From: an uncultured Prevotellaceae bacterium
GTDB taxonomy: Bacteria; Bacteroidota; Bacteroidia; Bacteroidales; Bacteroidaceae
NCBI GenBank assembly: GCA_902789415.1
Contig: CADAOD010000021.1
Coordinates: forward strand, 5,030 to 69,029
Reading direction: 5' to 3'
Length of the DNA stretch: 64,000 nt
Below are positions 48,512 to 57,018 of this stretch, one piece after another. The notes below the pieces were generated by a model, which was given only the letters and a program-made list of their open reading frames with translations, was not told where the DNA came from and searched no databases. The position numbers were made by a program, and so were the translations under genes. Within the stretch, counting starts at the first letter, position 1, and every line of letters begins with the position of its first letter.

Positions 48512-48660
48512 CAAAGATACGTAGTAGCTTTGTGGTTGCCGAAATTCGGCAAACATTCGTCTTGATTTAACACATTTAAGACGGCGAAAATTCTAAATGA
48601 GTTAAATCAAGACAAAGTATGTGTTTTTTTAGGGTATCTGAAAGATTTTTTCGACCTTCG
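48512..48660. promoter_or_regulatory. Divergent promoters with an inverted pair of the conserved box (copies 4 and 5)
   Basis: Reverse box 48559-48578 with TATCTTTG (minus) at 48519-48512; forward box 48594-48613 with GACCTTCG at 48653. Confidence 0.75.
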
Positions 48661-48727
48661 CAGAAAAGAAAAAACGGGCCGACTGTACGGCCATAATATA
48701 TTAAAGTATAACATAAATATTATAGAC

Positions 48728-49789
48728 ATGGAAGAAATGAAAATAGAGATACCTTGCAATCGTAAGGTTCGCGAGTACACAACTCGCCAGGTGAAAGCTT
48801 TAACTGGCTTGACAGTAAGCCGTGCATACGAGCTGTTGAGAGAGACTGGCAGCTTACCGGTTAACGAGAGTTCCGACGTCATCAAGCGAGGTCGACAACT
48901 CTTGAAGTTGATTAACTCCTTCAAGTTCCCGTCATCAATTCCTGTCCGACCGGTTGATGATCGCCACATGTGGCAGTTCCGGGAGAGATGGGCCAAGTAT
49001 TTACAAGGTCAGCTCGATAAGGTTGTGGGGTCATCGAAGCCAGTTTATCTTGTCGATGAAGTGAACAAACAATTAAAGCGGCGGAAGTCGAACATCACAT
49101 GCATACGCATACATCTTATGTGGTATCTTGATGTGTATGGTGAAGACAATATGACACCAGAAAGTATTGCTACCGCCATCATCAAGTTTGGCGTGAGTGA
49201 CTGGAGTCAAGTACAGCCGCTTGTCAACAATTCAAAGTATAGCCTCGTTCTGGCTGGCGACGTTGACAACATAGACCAGGAAGAGTTTGCGCAGATGGTC
49301 GAGTTCATTTGGTTAGTTCCCAAGCCGAAGATTCAGGATGACTTATTGTCGAAGTTTGAGAATGACATCAAGGTCATGCAAGAATTTTACAAGTTGTGGG
49401 AGTCCTCACCAACGACCTATGACTACAAGAAGATTTTCGAAGAATATGTATGTCGCCTGCAGACTTTACCTCCTTCAAAGAAAAGGGTATCACTGAAGAA
49501 AGAAGTTGATATTGAGTCACGTTCTGGCGTTGAGGAAGACAGAACTGTGACACGTTACAATGAAGTGATAAGTTTTCTCCAGGATCTCACCGGTGGTGAT
49601 TACTTTGCAAAAAAAAGAATAGAGGAACGAGACGAGTCCGTCCGATCTTTCTGCAAACTCTCGAACTTCGACGAGTGTTTTAACGACGTTAAAGCTGCTG
49701 TTACGCACTCTGAAGTACGATATCCAACGACTACCGCGATAGGGCTGATGGAACAGCATGTAAAGAACAATGGGATTATTTTGAAATAG
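48728..49789 (+). CDS. Hypothetical protein, possible N-terminal HTH
   Basis: 353-aa ORF; TRQVKALTGLTVSRAYELL suggests an HTH (weak). Confidence 0.6.
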   Translation: MEEMKIEIPCNRKVREYTTRQVKALTGLTVSRAYELLRETGSLPVNESSDVIKRGRQLLKLINSFKFPSSIPVRPVDDRHMWQFRERWAKYLQGQLDKVVGSSKPVYLVDEVNKQLKRRKSNITCIRIHLMWYLDVYGEDNMTPESIATAIIKFGVSDWSQVQPLVNNSKYSLVLAGDVDNIDQEEFAQMVEFIWLVPKPKIQDDLLSKFENDIKVMQEFYKLWESSPTTYDYKKIFEEYVCRLQTLPPSKKRVSLKKEVDIESRSGVEEDRTVTRYNEVISFLQDLTGGDYFAKKRIEERDESVRSFCKLSNFDECFNDVKAAVTHSEVRYPTTTAIGLMEQHVKNNGIILK

Positions 49790-49804
49790 TTAAAATATGA
49801 TAGT

Positions 49805-50077
49805 ATGGCAGCAAAAGATTATGTAATAGTAACAGGATGGCAGAACGCCTACCTGGCAAAGAAAAAGAAGCCCACCAAGAAAGGGCCACAGACAATGAGT
49901 ATGGATCGCCGTCCCATCACAGAGGGCGAAATGATTGGACTCTTCGAGTTCTACCTTCGCAAATGGTGTGAGGAACACGAGGGTGAAGATACGGTAGTCA
50001 TCTCCAACAGCGACGGTAAGAAGATTTTCGAGGCGACACTGTTGGATAAGGAACCGGAAGCTGGAGAAAATGACTGA
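49805..50077 (+). CDS. Small hypothetical protein
   Basis: 90-aa ORF directly after 48728-49789. Confidence 0.6.
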   Translation: MAAKDYVIVTGWQNAYLAKKKKPTKKGPQTMSMDRRPITEGEMIGLFEFYLRKWCEEHEGEDTVVISNSDGKKIFEATLLDKEPEAGEND

Positions 50078-50191
50078 CGGCAAGCGATAGGCTATCCTTC
50101 TATCATGGCATCATGAGATAACCGATGAAGGCGAGATCAGCCAGTAGTGCAGCACTGGTCACCCAGAGTAGTACTATGTTCAATGTCCTGT

Positions 50192-50485
50192 TCATATCTT
50201 CGACAATTTAAACGGCACGATTCCGAAGGTAGCCATCCTCAGAACTGGAGCCTTGGCTTCCGGGACAAAGTGAATTAACTTGAAGTAAACATCCCGTCCA
50301 TCCTTGCGGTCAGCAGCACAGCAAGGATGGCGGTCATAGACGGCACCTGAGCAAGCACCACCGGTAAGGGTAGCAAAGGCACAGTCCTTGCACCCGTCAC
50401 CGGCAACGGTAATCACCTTTGCACCATCGATCGAGTCTATCCAGACCTCGCCAACTGCACGTTCTTGTCCGTAGTTCGTAATCAT
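50192..50485 (-). CDS. Small Cys-rich hypothetical protein
   Basis: CKDCAF..C..HPCC..RKDGRDVYF, phage-like Cys cluster. Confidence 0.55.
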   Translation of the reverse strand: MITNYGQERAVGEVWIDSIDGAKVITVAGDGCKDCAFATLTGGACSGAVYDRHPCCAADRKDGRDVYFKLIHFVPEAKAPVLRMATFGIVPFKLSKI

Positions 50486-50608
50486 GACTTGCGGGTTTTG
50501 AAGTTTTTCAGATAAACATTCTTGATGAAGGCATTGAAGCCGAAGCAGTAGGTGGCGATAGATGCGCCAACAAGAATAAGTTCAAAATCAGTTAGATGTC
50601 CCATAACA

Positions 50609-50833
50609 CTAATATTCAATTTTAGATGTTGCTACTTCATAAATGCTACTGTCAGCCAGTTTGACGTATTCACGTCCTGCCAGAGCTGCCAGACGGCTCT
50701 GTTGTTCCATACTCTCGTAACCCGTCTCAATCCGTCGCTGCATCTTGTCGATGGCGCGGTCGAGATCTTCCTTTACGCTGTCGAGTGTGCGCTGCACCTC
50801 CTTCAGCTTCTCTATATACTCTTCTGGTGTCAT
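50609..50833 (-). CDS. Small coiled-coil hypothetical protein
   Basis: 74-aa helical ORF. Confidence 0.55.
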   Translation of the reverse strand: MTPEEYIEKLKEVQRTLDSVKEDLDRAIDKMQRRIETGYESMEQQSRLAALAGREYVKLADSSIYEVATSKIEY

Positions 50834-51010
50834 ACTCTCTACGCCTGTTTCTATCCCGTCGGCTGCGGTTTTGGTGAATATTGTTTGTGACGCTGTTGTT
50901 TTGAGTTATCGGCTGAGAGGAGTTTTAGATCTTTCTTCCTTAAATCTTTTCTTACCTGAGTCAGCCGTGTGTTTCAAAATTTTCAGTCGTCATCGACTTC
51001 GTATCGCTTT

Positions 51011-51202
51011 GAGTCTTTTTCCTTGCTGGTATCAAAGTAGCAGACACCAAGGGAACTAAGCCAAGAAATTCTGCGAGAAATTTCGCGGAATACCCAGATT
51101 GTGCGCAATCTGCGGAAGGCTGCCGTGATAATTTCTCCCAGAACGTAGCTTGTTTATTGGTATGGCCCCGGTCTGCACTACCTTTGCAAGGGAAAACGGC
51201 TC
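51011..51202. promoter_or_regulatory. Long fold-back element 1 (candidate ssDNA promoter)
   Basis: Nested complementary arms; TACCTTTG at 51179 pairs with CAAAG-TAG at 51033-51040. Confidence 0.6.
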
Positions 51203-51366
51203 ATCAGAAAGCGATATGAACCTATGAGGTGAAAATAACACACGGACAGGACGAAGGTAAGCCAGAAAAGATTTGCATCACCGCGTAGCGGCTTGCACAG
51301 TTTACTGTGGTTCATGTGTGATACTTCCTGATTCTCTTTGGCGGCAACGCCCCAATCTAAGCCCAC

Positions 51367-51401
51367 AAAAAACTGGAACCTGACATTTGCCAGGCTCCAG
51401 C
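51367..51401 (-). terminator. Terminator after ssb
   Basis: CTGGAGCCTGGCA/TGTCAGGTTCCAG plus T6 on the minus strand. Confidence 0.75.
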
Positions 51402-51423
51402 TGTAGGTTATAGGAAGGAGGCC

Positions 51424-51771
51424 TTACGCCTCCTGAGTCTCTTTCTTCTCAATCTTCTCGATGGCTGTAGCCTTCCAGACGATGGTCTGATGTTCCTTCT
51501 CGTCCTTGCCGACGTACTGGTTGACCTCGAAGAATCCTTCGATCTTGACGAGAGTGCCTTTCTTCAGCAGGTCCAGCTTCGGGCTGTCAGCCTTGGTGCC
51601 TACCTCGATGTTCTGCAGGGCAGAGATCTTCTTCTCGTTGCCGTCCTTGTCCTTCTTGGTGGTACGGATGGAGAGTGGGAACCGTGCGAAAGCACTGCCG
51701 TTGTTGTTCTTTACTACGTTAGCGTCCATTGCTACGAAACCAGTCACTGTGAAATTGTTGTTAGTTGCCAT
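51424..51771 (-). CDS. ssb: Single-stranded DNA-binding protein (start moved to ATG 51771)
   Basis: NNFTVTGFVAMDA..ARFPLS..LLKKGTLVKIEG OB-fold pattern. Confidence 0.8.
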   Translation of the reverse strand: MATNNNFTVTGFVAMDANVVKNNNGSAFARFPLSIRTTKKDKDGNEKKISALQNIEVGTKADSPKLDLLKKGTLVKIEGFFEVNQYVGKDEKEHQTIVWKATAIEKIEKKETQEA

Positions 51772-51839
51772 AATCTTTAATTTTAAAGGGTTTAACTTAT
51801 AATTTTTACGTGCAATACAGAGCCAACAAGAAACAGTCA

Positions 51840-51996
51840 TGCAAAGACAAGGAATTACAAGCAAATTTTGCGGAATACCCCATTTTCTTTAGGCGTGCCG
51901 TTAAGAAGAAAATGCGGAAGGCTGCTGGAAAATTTGAGCAGGAATAAGGAGCCGTGCGACTGGTACTTGACGAATGACGCTTGGGCTACCTTTGCA
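51840..51996. promoter_or_regulatory. Long fold-back element 2 (candidate ssDNA promoter for ssb)
   Basis: Shares GCGGAATACCC, CGGAAGGCTGC and CTACCTTTGCAA with element 1; TGCAAAG/CTTTGCA arms. Confidence 0.55.
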
Positions 51997-52913
51997 AAGG
52001 AAAAATATGAGTGCAGACCCGCCCAGAAAAGGAAAGAGGCAACCCATAACAACAATCAGTGACGCATCACAGCATAATGGATGCAGTAGGCCCATGAAGA
52101 ACACCAGGCATCCGTAGTGAGGTTTCCCCGTCAGTACGACCAACGAACCAAGGACAGGAAGAATCAGCAACAAAGAAGAGCACAGTCCGCTATCAGGAAC
52201 GTCCACCATGCCTGACGGCGCTGGAACAGAGAAAGAAGAAAAGCTGTCAAGTTCCAAAGGATGAGTCAAACAACAAGGCGAGAGTGACAATTAGAGAGGA
52301 ACACCTTTGTCTGCAAGGCAGCAACATGATTGAGAGCCGAAGGAAGAGAGTACCAGAGGTTAGGGATTCATCCCGTCGTGGAAGCCGGATAGAAATGTCT
52401 GGTTGAGTTTTTCCATGGTGAAGTAATAAAAGCGTCCTGTTCACTATTATATCTTCAGGACGTTCATGTCATTCTCTGGCGAACCAGCAGGGAGCCTGTC
52501 AGCGTTCGGCGGCAACCAAGCAGGCACACGTACAGCTGATGGTGGTTCTCCAAGCTCCATGAGCTGCCGAGAATGAACAGCAGCCGTGCATGATGCCTGT
52601 GCCAAGCGCGGACGGATGCCGACAAGTGACCAGTGCCGAGAGTGAGAACATGACATATAGTTATTATTTGTCAGATATGAGCAAATAATTATTGTATTAA
52701 ATACAGAAAGGTAATATCGTTTTTGTCGTGCGAGCTTTACGAGGTAAACAAGATTTCATGTAAACCTTATCCACATATGCTAATGTTTACATTGAAAACA
52801 CATAAACATTTATTCATTGTACGCATATTTAATATGTACGCACGTGTACATATTATATTTAGTTTACATGGTTACATGTCAATAAGTTGTTGTTGTTTAC
52901 ATATGGGGAACTT

Positions 52914-54263
52914 CTATTGCTTGTCAAACAATAACATTGCATCCTCTTTAGCCTTGTCAGCTATTTCAATGTATGGTTTCATGGCCGAATAATCGCTGTG
53001 TCCTGTCCATTTCATCACTATCTGAGGGGCGATGCCAAGCATCAGAGCGTTACAGATGAAGGTTCTACGTCCTGCATGAGTGGACATCAGCTGATACTTA
53101 GCATAGACTTCGTCTACACGTTGGCTGCCACGATAATAAGTGACAGGAATAGCCTCGTTAAAGCCAACAATCTCAGCCATCTCCTTCAGATAGTCATTCA
53201 TTCGCTGGTTGCTGATAACAGGAAGGACCTTATCATACGGAAAATTATCCTTTCGGTATTTGTTCAAGATAGCTTTGGCATACTTGTTCAATTCGATCTT
53301 CAAGGAGTCACCGGTTTTTACGGTCGTTATTTGAATATAGCCAGGGAAAAGATTGCTTCGCTTTAGGTTTTCGACGTCAGAATAACGTAAAGAAGTGAAA
53401 CAGCAGAAGCAGAACACATCCCTAACACGTTCAAGAGTGGACTTTTCAAGCCCCACACGCTTCTCGTATTCATATCCGTGGACATCGACAAGGGTCAGCT
53501 TCGTTCCGACGTCAGGAAAGCTAAATTCATAGAGCTTCATCAGTTCGTCCCAATCCAGGAAGACGATAGGTTTCTTAGTCTTCTGAAGTTTTGGCCTAAA
53601 ATTGGCCTTTATGGACGTGTAACCTTTATTTTCTGCCCACCGGATGAAGTATCGCAGACGGCTTGTGTATTTTTCAATCGTAGAATTACGTAGAAACTTT
53701 ACCTCACGAAGAAAATCTACAAAGTACGTAGTTCCATCTTCGTTAAAATAATCGATGGAGGTTACATGTTTATAGTCAAAGAAATCAGTCATGTGCTTCT
53801 GGAACGACTTCATACTTTTGCTCGTTGCCAAACGCCAGCTATTTTTGTCTTTCTGTTCTTCCAAGAAATCTGACAACCGTTTTCTGATGTCATCTGGTAG
53901 TTCTTCTTTCTCTTCAGTTGTTTCTACCTTCTGCTTTTTGAAGTTCTCGTTATAGATGCTTTTCAGGTCACCCACAGTCTGACCATTTCTCCGTAGTTCG
54001 TCCTCATATTCACTAAAAAAGCTATCTATACGTTTCAACTTACTGTTTAACTCGCGGGCAGTAAGAGAACCTATCATCACTGGTTTACCAGCGTATGAAA
54101 GTAGAATTCTCTGAGTGTCCTGATTCCAGTACTCAGGTTTTATAGAGAAACCTGCAGTCGTGGTGAGGCGCTTGCCTTGAATACAGATAGCACATCTCAC
54201 TGTAACGTCGCCATCTCCACGCTTCTTCTCTCTGGTTTTATCTAAGAAAAATCTGACTGACAT
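52914..54263 (-). CDS. Tyrosine integrase
   Basis: Arm-binding N-terminus; SLRYSD, TVKT, HAGRRTF, WTGHS..MKPY catalytic R-K-H-R-H-Y. Confidence 0.95.
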   Translation of the reverse strand: MSVRFFLDKTREKKRGDGDVTVRCAICIQGKRLTTTAGFSIKPEYWNQDTQRILLSYAGKPVMIGSLTARELNSKLKRIDSFFSEYEDELRRNGQTVGDLKSIYNENFKKQKVETTEEKEELPDDIRKRLSDFLEEQKDKNSWRLATSKSMKSFQKHMTDFFDYKHVTSIDYFNEDGTTYFVDFLREVKFLRNSTIEKYTSRLRYFIRWAENKGYTSIKANFRPKLQKTKKPIVFLDWDELMKLYEFSFPDVGTKLTLVDVHGYEYEKRVGLEKSTLERVRDVFCFCCFTSLRYSDVENLKRSNLFPGYIQITTVKTGDSLKIELNKYAKAILNKYRKDNFPYDKVLPVISNQRMNDYLKEMAEIVGFNEAIPVTYYRGSQRVDEVYAKYQLMSTHAGRRTFICNALMLGIAPQIVMKWTGHSDYSAMKPYIEIADKAKEDAMLLFDKQ

Positions 54264-54355
54264 TGTTTTTGGGGCTTATAATTTGCATATTTCACCGATA
54301 ATTCATACCTTTGCAGCAGTCATTGAGGTGACTAAGCTGGCATCGGTGTTTGAAT

Positions 54356-54376
54356 TTACACGCAAAATTACACGCA
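54356..54376 (+). repeat. Integrase arm-type site pair overlapping the int -7 box
   Basis: TTACACGCA at 54356 and 54368; TAATTTTG on the minus strand at 54370-54363. Confidence 0.7.
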
Positions 54377-54503
54377 TTTTTCGAAATATGCAAGTTTTTA
54401 GCCAGTTTTAATCAGTTATTTTAAATTTATTTAATTAACTGAATATTAGTAATTTAGGAAAAGAGGCTTTAATGTGGTTCGAAATTAGACCCTCCTTGGA
54501 GAG

Positions 54504-54518
54504 TCCCCTATCGACTAC
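54504..54518 (+). repeat. attR core
   Basis: tRNA-Glu 3' end TCCCCTATCGACTAC followed by a terminator-like hairpin at 54524-54554. Confidence 0.9.
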
Positions 54519-54774
54519 AACTCAAGAGCTTCCGTTTTCACGGGAGTTTTTTTTATTCCCTAAAACTAAGTTTTGTATGATGTTTCCCGAAGTACATAAC
54601 AGCGCACAGCTCACCGAGCTAATTAGCAGCATAGGTTTCACACCTTATTTATATAGGTGAAATGGTGTAGAAATAACAAATTGTGGCAGAAATCGCAAAA
54701 TTTCTGCCATTTTATTTGTTTATTTCACAAAAAAGCTATACTTTTGCAGTCGTAAACAATAAAACGAAAGAATT

Positions 54775-54852
54775 ATGTCACAGTTGAATAGTTATTTTTA
54801 CGGTTATTACTTTTACTTTGCAGGGCACTGTGAAGCGGGAAGTTGCGTATAA
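54775..54852 (+). CDS. Tyr/Phe-rich leader peptide (25 aa)
   Basis: MSQLNSYFYGYYFYFAGHCEAGSCV; 5 Tyr + 3 Phe within 9 codons. Confidence 0.85.
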   Translation: MSQLNSYFYGYYFYFAGHCEAGSCV

Positions 54853-54927
54853 TATTCAACTTATGACAATGGAAGATAAAACAACAAGGTCCCGCTTCAC
54901 AAACAAGTGATAGCGGGACTTGTTTTT
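54829..54927 (+). promoter_or_regulatory. Transcription attenuator of the aromatic amino-acid operon
   Basis: TGTGAAGCGGGA (54829) is complementary to TCCCGCTTCACA (54890), which is the 5' arm of terminator 54883-54927. Confidence 0.85.
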
Positions 54928-54970
54928 AACGAGATAATTAAGAATTGAGAATTAAGAGACGAGATAAAGG

Positions 54971-55813
54971 ATGAAGAGAATTGCAATACAAGGATTAATC
55001 GGGTCGTTCCACGATATCGCGGCACACCTTTACTTCGAGGGAGAACAGATACAGTTGATTTGCTGCTCAACCTTCGAACAGGTGTTTGAGGAGATGAAGA
55101 AGGATCCTACCGCCATAGGTATGCTGGCTATCGAGAATACGATTGCGGGCAGCTTGCTGCACAACTACGAGTTGCTGCGCGATAGCGGTACAGCCATCGT
55201 GGGCGAGCATAAGCTGCACATCACGCACAGTATCTGCTGTTTGCCTGAGGATGATTGGGACACCATCACCGAGGTACACTCGCACCCCGTAGCCCTGATG
55301 CAGTGCCGCAACTTCCTGGCACAGCACCCACAGCTTAAGAATGTGGAGGCCGAGGATACCGCTGGTAGTGCCAAGATGATAGCCGAGGGCAAGAAGCGCG
55401 GATGGGCAGCCATCTGTCATGCCGAGGCTGCCAAGCTGTACGGACTGAAGGTGCTTGAGGACCATATTGAGGACAATAAGCATAACTTTACCCGATTCCT
55501 GGTAGTGAGCAATCCTAACAAGGCCGATATGATGCGTCCGCTTACCGAGACCAATAAGAGCAGCATGGTATTCTCGCTGCCTCACGAGCAGGGCTCGCTG
55601 GCACACGTACTGGCCATTCTGTCGTTCTATCACATCAATCTTACCAAAATACAGAGTCTGCCCATCATCGGCAAGGAGTGGGAGTACCTGTTTTACGTAG
55701 ATGTGATGTACGAGGATTTTACACGATACCGTCAGGCTGTGGATGCCATTATCCCGCTGACAAAAGCTTTAAAAATTTTAGGAGAATATAAAGACGGCAA
55801 ACAAACGAATTGA
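54971..55813 (+). CDS. pheA: Prephenate dehydratase with ACT domain
   Basis: IAIQGLIGSFH, IENTIAGS, SHPVALMQC, NFTRFLV, NLTKIQSLP. Confidence 0.93.
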   Translation: MKRIAIQGLIGSFHDIAAHLYFEGEQIQLICCSTFEQVFEEMKKDPTAIGMLAIENTIAGSLLHNYELLRDSGTAIVGEHKLHITHSICCLPEDDWDTITEVHSHPVALMQCRNFLAQHPQLKNVEAEDTAGSAKMIAEGKKRGWAAICHAEAAKLYGLKVLEDHIEDNKHNFTRFLVVSNPNKADMMRPLTETNKSSMVFSLPHEQGSLAHVLAILSFYHINLTKIQSLPIIGKEWEYLFYVDVMYEDFTRYRQAVDAIIPLTKALKILGEYKDGKQTN

Positions 55814-56985
55814 GCATTATGATACAACCAGCAGATAGATTAAGTTTGGTACAGGAGTACTACTTTAGTAGGAAACTGAAGGAGGTGGCGCAGATGAACG
55901 CCGAGGGTAAGGATATCATCTCATTGGCTATCGGTAGTCCCGACATGCCACCATCGGAGCGCACCATTAACACACTATGCGAGGTGGCTAAGCAGCCCGA
56001 TGCACACGGCTACCAGATAACAGTGGGTACACCCGAACTGCGCGAGGCGATGGCCAACTTCTACAAGCGTTGGTACAACGTGGAGCTTGACTGGAAGACC
56101 GAGGTGCTGCCACTGATTGGTTCGAAGGAGGGTATATTGCACGTAACCCTGGCCTTTGTAAACCCTGGCGACGAGGTGCTGGTGCCCAATCCCGGCTATC
56201 CCACCTACACATCGCTCAGCAAGATTTTAGGTGCTAAAATCGTGAACTACAACCTGCGTGAAGACAACGGTTGGCAGCCCGATTTCGATGAGTTGGAGAA
56301 GATGGACCTGAGCCGAGTAAAGCTGATGTGGACCAACTATCCCAATATGCCTACAGGTGGACGTGCCCGTATGGAAACCTACGAGCGACTGGTGAAATTT
56401 GCCCAGGATCACAATATTGTGGTGGTGAACGATAACCCTTACTCGTTTATCCTGAGCGAAGAGCACTTGAGCATTATGCAGGTGCCAGGCGCCAAGGACT
56501 GCTGTATTGAGTTTAACTCGATGTCGAAGAGTCATAACATGCCAGGTTGGCGTGTGGGTATGTGTCTCTCGAACCCACAGTTTATCCAGTGGATACTGAA
56601 GGTGCAGAGCAACATTGAGAGTGGCACTTTCCGTGGCATACAGTTGGCTGCTGCCGAGGCGCTGAACAACAACGAAGAGGCTTGGCATCGCGAGTTCAAC
56701 ATTGATAACTACAAGCGTCGCCGCCAGTGGGCCGAGAAGATTATGGATGTATTAGGTTGTACCTACGATAAGAACCAGGTGGGTATGTTCCTGTGGGGAA
56801 AGATTCCTGCTGACATCCAGAACGTTGAGGACCTGACAGAGCGTGTGCTGCACGAGGCTCGCGTGTTTATCACCCCAGGTTTTATCTTTGGTAGCAACGG
56901 CGAGCGTTACATCCGCATCTCGCTCTGTGCCAAGGAGGAGAAAATCAAAGCCGCCCTGGAGCGCATCGAGAAAATAATTAGATAA
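55810..56985 (+). CDS. Class I/II PLP aminotransferase
   Basis: NYPNMPTG, DNPY, SMSKSHNMPGWRVG. Confidence 0.92.
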   Translation: MSIMIQPADRLSLVQEYYFSRKLKEVAQMNAEGKDIISLAIGSPDMPPSERTINTLCEVAKQPDAHGYQITVGTPELREAMANFYKRWYNVELDWKTEVLPLIGSKEGILHVTLAFVNPGDEVLVPNPGYPTYTSLSKILGAKIVNYNLREDNGWQPDFDELEKMDLSRVKLMWTNYPNMPTGGRARMETYERLVKFAQDHNIVVVNDNPYSFILSEEHLSIMQVPGAKDCCIEFNSMSKSHNMPGWRVGMCLSNPQFIQWILKVQSNIESGTFRGIQLAAAEALNNNEEAWHREFNIDNYKRRRQWAEKIMDVLGCTYDKNQVGMFLWGKIPADIQNVEDLTERVLHEARVFITPGFIFGSNGERYIRISLCAKEEKIKAALERIEKIIR

Positions 56986-57018
56986 AAAGAACAGAAGAAA
57001 CATAAAAAAATTTACGAT

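Larger units (their letters stand above)
20958..54518. mobile_element. ~33.5 kb integrative mobilisable element inserted in tRNA-Glu, with its own replicon
   Basis: 15-bp direct repeat TCCCCTATCGACTAC at both ends, terminal tyrosine integrase, relaxase/MobC, Rep/iterons/DnaB/ParA; visibly more AT-rich than the flanks. Confidence 0.92.

Noticed and set aside
20958-54518. Prophage or self-transmissible ICE
   Set aside because: No capsid, terminase, portal or tail genes, and no VirB4 or complete T4CP recognised
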